DNA of 64,000 bases. Origin: Leptogorgia sarmentosa. Its lineage: Eukaryota. A model generated the notes under the pieces. It was not told where the DNA came from, searched no databases, and was given only the letters and a program-made list of their open reading frames with translations. Every line of letters starts with the position of its first letter. Position 1 is the stretch's first letter. The translations under genes were made by a program, and so were the position numbers. Of this stretch, positions 1-11,789 are shown one piece after another. The stretch spans positions 24,242,001-24,306,000 of the forward strand of contig OZ210885.1 in NCBI GenBank assembly GCA_964658305.1, written 5' to 3'.

Positions 1-891
1 CCTTGTAACAGAAGGAAAAAAAGAAATGGAATGTTTGTCACGTGTGGTGTCAATTGGGTATGGAGTCTTGACGGGCACGACAAGTTGATGGGATTCCAGA
101 AATGGAATTTCCCACTCGCTGTCTATGGGTGTTATGACACAGCTTCAAAAAAAGTACTGTTCATTAAAATGTGGAAATCCAATTCTGATCCTAATCTAGT
201 TGGAGGCTGGTATTTTGATCACCTCTTTAACACACAAGTTATCCCATCGAAGTTACGAATTGATAGAGGTACAGAGACTGGGCTTCTAGCAACGCTGCAT
301 GTCTTCCTGCGTCAAGATCACGGTGATATGACCCCAGAAGATACTGTAGAGTATGGCCCTTCCACTAGCAACAGAATCGAGTGCTGGTGGAGGGAGTTGC
401 ACGAAAGACTCGAAAAATTCTTTAAATTTCAGCTTCAGCAACTTCTAGATCAAGGATTTTATGACCCTGAAGATGAAGAGGACCGCAACATGCTTGCCTA
501 TGTTTACATCCCAATTGTTCAGAGAGAAATTGATTTGTTTGTCGAGTTATGGAACAATTCAAGAACTCGATTACAACGAAATACATTGATGCCTGATGGA
601 ATACCCAATGTAATACACAATTGTCCAGAGGAATATGGAATGGAAGACAAAGGGTGGCCATTAACACATGATGAACTTGCCAAAGCTGCAGAGGTTTCTG
701 GTGTGCTTGATGTAGCAGATGCATACATTGATGAAGATTTTCAAAGAGAATGTGCCACTCACTTGGATGATGTGCTTAGTATACAAGCTAAGGATGCAGC
801 AAGAAAATACAGAGAATTAAGAAGGGCAATTAAAGGTTTAGACAAAACCCTGAGACATAGTACAATGTTTGGGAACAAATCCAAATTCTAA
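1..891 (+). CDS. Integrase-core (IS3/IS481-like DDE) transposase, 5'-truncated by window edge; IS3EU-like
   Basis: Frame open from base 1; motifs WSLDGHDKL, YGCYDTAS, LRIDRGTE, STSNRIECWW, WNN typical of eukaryotic rve-like transposases. Confidence 0.8.
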   Translation, partial: PCNRRKKRNGMFVTCGVNWVWSLDGHDKLMGFQKWNFPLAVYGCYDTASKKVLFIKMWKSNSDPNLVGGWYFDHLFNTQVIPSKLRIDRGTETGLLATLHVFLRQDHGDMTPEDTVEYGPSTSNRIECWWRELHERLEKFFKFQLQQLLDQGFYDPEDEEDRNMLAYVYIPIVQREIDLFVELWNNSRTRLQRNTLMPDGIPNVIHNCPEEYGMEDKGWPLTHDELAKAAEVSGVLDVADAYIDEDFQRECATHLDDVLSIQAKDAARKYRELRRAIKGLDKTLRHSTMFGNKSKF

Positions 892-1425
892 TAAATACAC
901 GTTATTTATCTAGTCCTTGTAACACTTGCATCAACATTTGTATAGTTATTTTGTTTAAATATTTTTATCACTTCTTTGTAATGTTTAGCTGACCATGCAA
1001 CTACAGTATGTGATACCTTGAAAATACAAAATGACAGCAGAATGGCATGTATGATCACCCCAACTTATGTTGTATAGCCAGAAAACCCAATTCACTTCCT
1101 GCCAACAAAACCAAAATGGATCCTTTTACAGTCAAATCAAACAGTTTTAAACAATTTATTCATCACATAAATTGTATGAACTTGAAAGTAATTAGCAATA
1201 ACAAAATATTAACTAAACTATGTATCAGAATAGTGTTAATCATCCCCAGAATGAACAGATGGAGTATGGCACCATTAACTATACCGATCATAATGTATAG
1301 TCTTTATATTAACAAATTGGTTAACAACAAAACTACCAGTTTGACCACATCTTTACAGATTTTTTTAGCTCAGTAAACAATGAATAGTACTTTTTCAACA
1401 AAGTCTATAGATGTGTGTCATATTT

Positions 1426-2771
1426 CTACAAAACATTACTATGTTCTTCCAATTTAAGTTCTTTGCAGTAGATATTACAACGGTGCTGCTCCAAAAACAA
1501 CTCTATAGCATCTTGTGACAAATTCCCAATACAAAAATTGAGTTTGTTTCCCTCACCATCATTACTCACAAGGTCGGCACTTGCAATTTCAGGGTCACAT
1601 AATTGGTAGCCTATGCCTTGTATGTCAACCAACAAAAATTTACCTTTGCTGACCTGATATGAAAAATGAGCAAGTGCTTCCACCTTCTGCATAACAATTG
1701 TGGTACGATCATGGAGAATCTCTCCAGTATTATTCAAGTATTTGACAAATGGTTTTCCTTCAATAAATTGCTCAATGGTAACACTTTCTGTGGTGTTTTC
1801 ATCTACTTTTATTTTCCCAAAATATATTTTGTTGTAACGAAGTGTCTCTCCAAATTCACTGCCAGCTTTCTTTGCCAATTGATCAGCAATGTTTTTAGCC
1901 AGGTTATGCATTTGTGTCTGTTTACGTGCATGTTCCTCTTCACCCATTTTAAGAATCTGTAAATCAGTTTTGGCTTTTTCGTTGTATCTCTTGAGCAACC
2001 ATGTGCCAGGAAAGTTTTCATCGCAGCTTGTGCATTTGTATGCTTTTCAAAAAGCACCTTCGGCAAATTTCTTGTTTTCAACATGAAATTATATTTTCCT
2101 TGACGGGTTTCAGTCATTGTTGATATCAAATCCCTGGACTTGTATTATAGTTTCCTCCTTGGGATTGATTAGTCGTCCAAGCCTCATCATTGCTGTAACT
2201 GAAATGGTGCAACAGGCTTTTGTGCTGTGGCAGTGCTAACATTCTCAGCTGATTTACGTATTACTTTTGTGGGACTGCTATGAGCAGGAGCAGGTGCATG
2301 TGGCCGTACCAGTTTAGGCTTCTTTCGGCGAGAACGTAGATAATCAGCTTCAGGTAATTCATCACTTTCAGAATCAGACAAAGTGATTGTTTGATTTACA
2401 AATCTAACAAATATAGTACCGTTTAAGTTCTTTATATCATCCACGCTTTCAATAGAGGGGCCTCTTTCAGATTCAAGAATGTCACAAGACATATCAGTCA
2501 GGTCAAAGCCAGCGATACAAGCACGTTGAATGGCTTCGATGGAAGCAGCTTTGCACAAATCATCTTCTAAGATTTCAACACGTTTAAGAGGGCCCATTCT
2601 AGCGTATTTTTGTTGCGAACAGCCCTTCACTTGTGCAGCTAAGCGCTGTATTGTTAATTTTTTTGGCAAAATGCGTTCTTTTCCTTTGGCCAGTTTCGTT
2701 CTTTCCACTTTTGTTTGCCTTTTTTGAGCCATTGCAGCTGCATATTTCTTAAACTGTTCTTTTTCCGCCAT
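1426..2771 (-). pseudogene. Alpha-kinase (eEF2K/TRPM-kinase-like) gene with N-terminal extension, disrupted
   Basis: FAEGAF*KAY, IEQFIEG..FVKYLNNTG, AHFSY, LLVDIQG..YQLCDPEIAS, GNL...HRCNIYC zinc motif; internal stops/frameshift ~2050-2190; likely start aacATGGCG at 2771. Confidence 0.85.
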
Positions 2772-2867
2772 GTTGTTAACATCACATGGTACTATTATTA
2801 TTCCATTTATTTCCATCATTCAGAATGCTCTTTGCAAAGTGCATGCTGGAACTGTCTCCGATGGGAC

Positions 2868-5800
2868 CAGGGTTGCCAGATTGTGAACAAAGTTCATAGT
2901 TCTATGAACTTTTCCTTTTATTTTTTCAATTTTGTGAAGATATATATTTTTGTGAGCATTCTATGAACTTTCTTAAAAAATATGAACATTTCATGAACTA
3001 GTCACTTTCAAACGTTTTTACGTCGCTTATCTGAGCAGTATTAAGAAATAGTGGAGGAAATGAAGATAAGCTAGCGAGTAAAAGAAATAGAGGATTCCTA
3101 GATCGACTAAGATCGTTTAGTTTGATAGTTTTCCAATTTCCATGCTCCTAAGGTCGTTCGGGCAATCTTTGCCAAGTATCGCTTCATCGGAACATTACGC
3201 AACGTCGCGAATCGCGATTTTGAATAATTGAATTTTCAATTTTATCACTTTCACAATATGAATTATTGAAAACTGGAAAGTAAGGCCTATTTATAAAAAG
3301 TCTAATTTATATCGATATTATGATAAATGGAGTCAGACTCGGACAGTGATGAAGAAGTGAACCAGCCCAAGAGAGCTAGGGTAAAATTTTGAATAAGTTA
3401 CATCATATAAATATTTTAATATTTAATATTAAAATAATATTGTTAAAACAAACAAAATTACCAAAAGTAGGATAAAAATATTCAAAATAGTGTTTTGTGT
3501 TTTTGTACTCATTTGTACTGATAACATTCAGACATTTAAGCACAAACAGTAAACCAAAACAACAAGCAACGAAAATAGATTATGTTATCGTATATTGAAA
3601 TACATGTATAGCTAGTAATACATACATTACACAGCAAGGAAGAGTTTTACTACACAACGATAGAGTAAGAATTAACATTTGTTACAGTTATATATAGTAA
3701 TACTCTGCTGTTTAGTGTACGTTTTGACTTTTGATAATGGAACAGATATTTTGTATTGCATATTATAGCAATCCAATCAGACAAGCGCAACACCAAAGTC
3801 AAAATATTATAAACAAAAGTACCATAAAGCGTGGGAAAAGGATTCCTTGTTTAAAGGATGGTTACTACCGGTGGAAAAGAAACCGGACAAGGCATACTGC
3901 AAAGTCTGCAAAAGAGAACTTGCAGCGGTTGTGACCACATTAAAAAAGCACTCTGAAACAACTTACCACAAGGAAAAAGTTAGTCTCCTTGTGGATCCTA
4001 AATTGAAACGAATTGAATCAATGCTAGTTGAAACTTCTTGCGGTGACAGTGTACGTGATGCAGAGATGCGAATTGCTGCATTCGTCTGCGAACACAATTT
4101 ATCTTTGAAAATCATGGATCACTTTAGTGATCTTTTACCCAGGCTTTGCCCGATTCAAAGATAGCAGCTCAGTTCCAGTCAAAACGGACAAAAACCAAAT
4201 GCGTTGTCCAAAATGTATTATCAAGTGCCAACTCTATAATTTGGTAGAAGTTCCACAAGCTAATGCAGAAACGTTATTCAATGTACTTTTGAAGGCGTTT
4301 GATGATCACAACATTCCTATTGATAATATAATTGGGTATGCGTCTGATACCACGAATGTTATGTTTGGCCAGTTCAACAGCGTTGTTTCTTGCCTGAAAG
4401 AAAAGCTTCCCAATATTTTTATAATGCGTTGTATTTGTCATACCGCTCACTTGTGTGCATCACATGCCTGTGAAAAGCTTCCTAGAACAGCTGAAGAGCT
4501 AATACATGACATTTGCAACTATTTTTGGCACAGTGCCAAGCGACAGGAGCAGTAACCTCACAGATTACTTCGCCCCTGCCAAACAAGATGGCTTTCTCTG
4601 CACTCCTGCGTAGCTAGATTAATCGAGCAATGGGATGCACTTATGGAATACTTTAAAGCAGTTGCAGTTGTTGATAAACTGTTAGCCTCAAACAAGATCT
4701 TATCCATGCTGCAGAATCCCATTTCGAAATTATATTTCTATTTCCTCGACTTCATGCTGCCAAGATTCACGCAGCTCAATGTGATGTTTCAAAGCGCTAA
4801 GACATCTGTGCATTGCCTTCACAAAGGTCTTCATTCAATCTACAGAGAATTCCTCAGCTGCTATTTATCAGATGCCTACTGGAGACACATGCCACTAAAG
4901 GATATTGATCCTACCAGTAAAGTTAATTTCTTACCCTTGCAAAAAATGTATATGGGTGCTATGATAACCTTGTGTCTTGCAAAAGAAGAATATAAACAAA
5001 AACCAGGAGATGTCCACCACTTCTTGAAATGTGCGCAAGAATTTTTTATGGAAGCAGTTTCTCAGATTAAGAGCCGCTTTCCGATTGGCGACCCTGTAAT
5101 TGAAATGCTTGAAGTTTTAGACCCTTCTGTAGACCATGCAAAATTCCCCTCATTGGTCCCCCTTGCTGCACTTTTTCCTAATCTGGTACCACAGTGTAAG
5201 CTTCAACAACTTGATGACGAATGACGTAGACTTTCTATAAGCACCTTGCCATTTGAAAGTGAAGATATGGCGCCCGAAGAATTCTGGGGAAGAATTGGCA
5301 ACATCACAGATGGCACGGAAACACCACAGTTTCCTTTTCTATCCGATTTCATGCAGAATCTACTTTGTCTTCCCCATGCAAATGTTGATGTGGAAAGAGT
5401 TTTTTCCTCCTTATGTGCAATCAAAACCAAGGCAAGAAATAGATTGCACACAAAGTCCGTCTGCGCCATTTTGAAAGTAAAGCAGGGAGTGAAAGAGTCA
5501 GGAGGTTGTGTGAAGTTTTCTCCTTCCATCGAAGCCAAACAACGAATGACATCCAACATTCTCTATGCCACGGATTCGGACAGCGAATCTCATTCCGATT
5601 AACTTGCTGGTGTTGACAATGAAAACTTACTGGTATCTCCTAGCATGTTGTATTGTGTTATAAGTTACGAAATTATAACATTGCGGTTATTTAATTGCCC
5701 GTTTTTTGTTCATTCATAATTAAGTAACAAATCGGAAATCCTAATTAGTATTTGATAATTCATTCAAATTTTTCTAGAAATAAATCTATGTATTACCAAT

Positions 5801-5977
5801 ATGAATAATGAGTGAAAAATGGCACACCTCCGGACACACTCCAGTAAAAAAAATGTGATAATATGAAAAATGATCTTACTTGATACCGCTGACCAGTTCT
5901 GTGAACATTCATTGATTTTTTGTGAACTTTTGAGCATGCGCAGCATGAACATTTAAAAAATCTATTTGGCAACCCTG
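2868..5977 (+). mobile_element. hAT DNA transposon, internally deleted and defective
   Basis: TIRs CAGGGTTGCCA...TGGCAACCCTG; 8-bp TSD GATGGGAC at 2860-2867 and 5978-5985. Confidence 0.95.
3847..5602 (+). pseudogene. hAT transposase fragments (BED finger, catalytic core, dimerisation domain)
   Basis: CKVC..H..H BED finger; ASDTTNVM, CICH, TRWLS (4583 region), LPHANVDVERVFS; several stops and frameshifts. Confidence 0.9.
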
Positions 5978-8900
5978 GATGGGACAAAGAAATAGAAAAT
6001 AGAAAATTTGCTTTGTTTTTAAACACTTCTAAAGTAAATATAAAATGTAATGATTTTAAACAAGAATTAAAACAAATTAAGTTAAAATGAAAACAAAACT
6101 ATAAATATTCAATAAAATAGAAAAATATATAAGAATTTTTAATGTCTCTCGTGGGACACCATAGTAGAGAAAACATTTGGTTTAGATGCCTGTGTTATTA
6201 CAGAACATAATTTAGTTCAACAGTTGATGATATACACCGTTTTTCATCACCAGATAACTACTGGGTCTTTGACCTAGAACGAGCAGTAAAGCGGTATGTA
6301 AACCAATCAACAAATCATCGTAATATTGAAAAAAAGTACAGTGACAGTGAAACAAGGTGATAGTACAATGTTTGGGAACAAATCCAAATTCTAATAAATA
6401 CACGTTATTTATCTAGTCCTTGTAACACTTGCATCAACATTTGTATAGTTATTTTGTTTAAATATTTTTATCACTTCTTTGTAATGTTTAGCTGACCATG
6501 CAACTACAGTATGTGATACCTTGAAAATACAAAATGACAGCAGAATGGCATGTATGATCACCCCAACTTATGTTGTATAGCCAGAAAACCCAATTTACTT
6601 CCTGCCAACAAAACCAAAATGGATCCTTTTACAGTCAAATCAAACAGTTTTAAACAATTTATTCATCACATAAATTGTATGAACTTGAAAGTAATTAGCA
6701 ATAACAAAATATTAACTAAACTATGTATCAGAATAGTGTTAATCATCCCCAGAATGAACAGATGGAGTATGGCACCATTAACTATACCGATCATAATGTA
6801 TAGTCTTTATATTAACAAATTGGTTAACAACAAAACTACCAGTTTGACCACATCTTTACAGATTTTTTTAGCTCAGTAAACAATGAATAGTACTTTTTCA
6901 ACAAAGTCTATAGATGTGTGTCATATTTCTACAAAACATTACTATGTTCTTCCAATTTAAGTTCTTTGCAGTAGATATTACAACGGTGCTGCTCCAAAAA
7001 CAACTCTATAGCATCTTGTGACAAATTCCCAATACAAAAATTGAGTTTGTTTCCCTCACCATCATTACTCACAAGGTCGGCACTTGCAATTTCAGGGTCA
7101 CATAATTGGTAGCCTATGCCTTGTATGTCAACCAACAAAAATTTACCTTTACCCGGTGTTGACAATGAAAACTTACTGGTATCTCCTAGCATGTTGTATT
7201 GTGTTATAAGTTACGAAATTATAACATTGCGGTTATTTAATTGCCCGTTTTTTGTTCATTCATAATTAAGTAACAAATCGGAAATCCTAATTAGTATTTG
7301 ATAATTCATTCAAATTTTTCTAGAAATAAATCTATGTATTACCAATATGAATAATGAGTGAAAAATGGCACACCTCCGGACACACTCCAGTAAAAAAAAT
7401 GTGATAATATGAAAAATGATCTTACTTGATACCGCTGACCAGTTCTGTGAACATTCATTGATTTTTTGTGAACTTTTGAGCATGCGCAGCATGAACATTT
7501 AAAAAATCTATCTGGCAACCCTGGATGGGACATAGAAATAGAAAATTTGCTTTGTTTTTAAACACTTCTAAAGTAAATATAAAATGTAATGATTTTAAAC
7601 AAGAATTAAAACAAATTAAGTTAAAATGAAAACAAAACTATAAATATTCAATAAAATAGAAAAATATATAAGAATTTTTAATGTCTCTCGTGGGACACCA
7701 TAGTAGAGAAAACATTTGGTTTAGATGCCTGTGTTATTACAGAACATAATTTAGTTCAACAGTTGATGATATACACCGTTTTTCATCACCAGATAACTAC
7801 TGGGTCTTTGACCTAGAACGAGCAGTAAAGCGGTATGTAAACCAATCAACAAATCATCGTAATATTGAAAAAAAGTACAGTGACAGTGAAACAAGGTGAT
7901 AGTACAATGTTTGGGAACAAATCCAAATTCTAATAAATACACGTTATTTATCTAGTCCTTGTAACACTTGCATCAACATTTGTATAGTTATTTTGTTTAA
8001 ATATTTTTATCACTTCTTTGTAATGTTTAGCTGACCATGCAACTACAGTATGTGATACCTTGAAAATACAAAATGACAGCAGAATGGCATGTATGATCAC
8101 CCCAACTTATGTTGTATAGCCAGAAAACCCAATTTACTTCCTGCCAACAAAACCAAAATGGATCCTTTTACAGTCAAATCAAACAGTTTTAAACAATTTA
8201 TTCATCACATAAATTGTATGAACTTGAAAGTAATTAGCAATAACAAAATATTAACTAAACTATGTATCAGAATAGTGTTAATCATCCCCAGAATGAACAG
8301 ATGGAGTATGGCACCATTAACTATACCGATCATAATGTATAGTCTTTATATTAACAAATTGGTTAACAACAAAACTACCAGTTTGACCACATCTTTACAG
8401 ATTTTTTTAGCTCAGTAAACAATGAATAGTACTTTTTCAACAAAGTCTATAGATGTGTGTCATATTTCTACAAAACATTACTATGTTCTTCCAATTTAAG
8501 TTCTTTGCAGTAGATATTACAACGGTGCTGCTCCAAAAACAACTCTATAGCATCTTGTGACAAATTCCCAATACAAAAATTGAGTTTGTTTCCCTCACCA
8601 TCATTACTCACAAGGTCGGCACTTGCAATTTCAGGGTCACATAATTGGTAGCCTATGCCTTGTATGTCAACCAACAAAAATTTACCTTTACCCGGTGTTG
8701 ACAATGAAAACTTACTGGTATCTCCTAGCATGTTGTATTGTGTTATAAGTTACGAAATTATAACATTGCGGTTATTTAATTGCCCGTTTTTTGTTCATTC
8801 ATAATTAAGTAACAAATCGGAAATCCTAATTAGTATTTGATAATTCATTCAAATTTTTCTAGAAATAAATCTATGTATTACCAATATGAATAATGAGTGA

Positions 8901-9438
8901 AAAATGGCACACCTCCGGACACACTCCAGTAAAAAAAATGTGATAATATGAAAAATGATCTTACTTGATACCGCTGACCAGTTCTGTGAACATTCATTGA
9001 TTTTTTGTGAACTTTTGAGCATGCGCAGCATGAACATTTAAAAAATCTATCTGGCAACCCTGGATGGGACATAGAAATAGAAAATTTGCTTTGTTTTTAA
9101 ACACTTCTAAAGTAAATATAAAATGTAATGATTTTAAACAAGAATTAAAACAAATTAAGTTAAAATGAAAACAAAACTATAAATATTCAATAAAATAGAA
9201 AAATATATAAGAATTTTTAATGTCTCTCATGGGACACCATAGTAGAGAAAACATTTGGTTTAGATGCCTGTGTTATTACAGAACATAATTTAGTTCATGT
9301 TGTTGATGATATACACCGTTTTTCATCACCAGATAACTACTGGGTCTTTGACCTAGAACGAGCAGTAAAGCGGTATGTAAACCAATCGACAAATCATCGT
9401 AATATTGAAAAAAAGTACAGTGACAGTGAAACAAGGTG
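5609..9438 (+). repeat. Tandem amplification, 1539-bp unit joining segment 858-1648 to segment 5609-6360
   Basis: Identical ORFs at 6550/8089, 6929/8468 and 7310/8849 (offset 1539); hAT right TIR+TSD repeated three times. Confidence 0.95.
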
Positions 9439-10444
9439 AGAAGTGCTTCAGAATTTAGATTTTGTTAGAAAAAGACAAACTGTGCCTTCATTCACGCAGG
9501 AGGAACTTGAAAGGGCTGTTGTTTCGAAACATGTTTCTTCGTTGCAAAAAGCTTATGAACTTGTTGCCCATGTGGTGAAAAACAATTTAGCAGATATTCA
9601 GAATGGCATATTAATTGGTGGACTGAGCAAAGGATTTTGTGAAATATCCAGAAGCCAGGGGCTAGAAATATATGAAGATATAAGCTCTTGTGAAATAGAA
9701 TTGGAACATTCTGTTTCAGATTACTCCACCACTAAAATTTGCAGGAGTGTTCTAAAACCTGCAACAGAAGCAAGTAGTCTTCACGTCTTGTACAGGAAAG
9801 GAGAAGATGTGATTTATGATGCAGGTAATGTGGAAGCAAAAGGCAGGATAAATAACATTCATTCAGTAACAACTGAAGATGAGGACGGCAGAAATATTGT
9901 ACATCTGTTTGTCGAAGTTCAGGTGTATGAGAATGTTGAAGATGACGAAGGCGAGATCAAAGTTCATTCTGCAACTCAAAGTGAGTATCTTCAATTGTCT
10001 TCAACTTTCAGGATGGTGAACATCATTTCTGTTTTAAGAAAAGTTATATTGTACCCAGACCCAACTGCTCCTCAACAGCATATCTTGATAGACTTTCAGA
10101 GCCCTTCTCTTCCACCACATAAAAAGTTCATTGTAGTTCCATTTTACCCGGAGAAAGATGATATGGTACTTATTTTGAGTCAAGATGATAACAAATGGAT
10201 AGGAAAAGTTATCTCCGTTCAAAAGGATGATAAAACAGTTAGTGTATACTTTGTTAAAGAACATCCAAGGTGGCCAGGTGGCAAAAAATTTATCAAGGAA
10301 AGCTCTACGCTGCATAGCGTACATTGGAATTGTATTGTTAAAGGACTGGAAGGACGATGGATTGTAAAATTGCAACTAAAATTTCTAAACATATTTGACC
10401 GTGTGTTGCATGTTGTGAACTATTTTCCGAATTTGCGACGTTAA
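9242..10444 (+). pseudogene. CACTA/EnSpm (CMC)-type transposase, C-terminal part
   Basis: Manual translation from 9242 gives VEKTFGLDACVITEHNLVHVVDDIHRFSSPDNYWVFDLER (H..L.H..DDI.RF.P..W.F..ER signature), then one TGA at 9437, in frame with ORF 9443-10444. Confidence 0.75.
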
Positions 10445-10536
10445 TTTATCAAGACTTTACCAACTACCTTGTTTTAATTACGGAGCGTTTCTCAAGCATG
10501 GAGATTTGACAATGATACATTTAATTTTGACAAAGA

Positions 10537-11020
10537 TTTTACCAAAGTTTTACCATTTACAACGTCTGAAAAACCAATCATTTCCCAAGTTTGGGATTTT
10601 GATAGTAATATGTTTAATAGTAGCACACATTTTACCGAAGTTTTACCATTTGCAACGTCTGAAAAACCAATCATTACCCAAGTTTGGGATTTTGATAGTA
10701 ATATGTTTAATAGTAGCACACATTTTACCGAAGTTTTACCATTTGCAACGTCTGAAAAACCAATCATTACCCAAGTTTGGGATTTTGATAGTAATATGTT
10801 TTATAGTAGCACACATTTTACCAAAGTTTTACCATTTACAACGTCTGAAAAACCAATCATTTCCCAACTTTGGGATTTTGATAGTAATATGTTTGATAGT
10901 AGCACACATTTTGCCAAAGTTTTACCATTTACAATGTCTGAAAAACCAATCATTACCGAAGTTTGGGATTTTGATAGTAATACGTTTGATAGTACCACAC
11001 ATTTTACCAAAGTTTTACCA
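10537..11020. repeat. 93-bp tandem repeat (~5.2 copies), subterminal repeats of the CACTA element
   Basis: Unit starts at 10537, 10630, 10723, 10816, 10909, 11002; internal CCCAA-N-TTGGG palindromic motif. Confidence 0.9.
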
Positions 11021-11245
11021 ACTACTAATGCAAGAACAAAGTACTTTACCACGTTTAAAAAATGCCAATGTTGGGATTTAAAGTTTGCATTTCCCAAATT
11101 TATACCAAATTAACTTGGGAAACATAATTATCGAAAAAAATGTCCGTACCTGTACCAATTTGGGGATTTCTTAAATTGGGAATTTATTGGGTCTTACTTG
11201 GTAATTGCATAATACGAAATATTTACCAGTGTTGGGGTTTTAAGC

Positions 11246-11257
11246 TTTTTTCCTGTG
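11246..11257. repeat. Probable right TIR of the CACTA/EnSpm element (TTTTTTCCTGTG; reverse complement CACAGGAAAAAA)
   Basis: CACAG-A-run terminus typical of animal EnSpm elements, placed after the transposase and subterminal repeats. Confidence 0.6.
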
Positions 11258-11789
11258 CTATTCAGTTCAATGAGCTGTACTAAACAGCAAGTTGTCTAGC
11301 CAGTCTAGGGACAGAATGCTATTAAATAGTAGGCTGTCTAGGACATTAATTAAGCTCTAAGGAATGGCACATTTTTGCATCATATTCGAACCATTGAAGT
11401 ATACTGTACTAGCAACCAGCAGAGCCTTTTCACCTCAAATTTTGTACAGTTGTGTAATGAATATTTGCTTTATTTTATAGCAGCTTTCTCTGTTTTACTT
11501 TGACATGTATTGATAACTATGTCAATGGAAATGACCTTATTGTCATGTTAATCATTGACATGCAAATATTTCACTATTTTGCAATAGCTACTGTTGCCAG
11601 GTTCCATTTTAGCCCTAGTACCAAGTTGGGGTAATAATTCCATGTTCTACATACACCAATATATAGCAGAGACCCTAAGTATCCATAGGGATACCGCCAT
11701 CACTAGTTATCCACAGTAATCCTACGTAACCCATAGCCATTTGCAGTTATTTATAGTCACCTACAGTCATTACCTGTCTTATCAGTCAT

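Larger units (their letters stand above)
1..6163. mobile_element. IS3EU-like DNA transposon (integrase + convergent alpha-kinase gene), right end ...GGGACACCATA
   Basis: Convergent gene pair. Sequence switches abruptly to an in-frame CACTA transposase fragment right after CCATA (6159-6163; reverse complement TATGG, matching the TAY..RTA termini I recall for IS3EU). Left end is outside the window. Confidence 0.5.

Noticed and set aside
1047..1376. 109-aa ORF repeated at 6550 and 8089
   Set aside because: Lies in the AT-rich spacer between convergent genes, has no motifs, and recurs only because of the recent duplication
10537..11020. 93-bp array as a CRISPR array or repeat protein (ORFs 10492-11113)
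   Set aside because: No unique spacers and no cas genes; ORFs on both strands arise because the unit length is a multiple of 3
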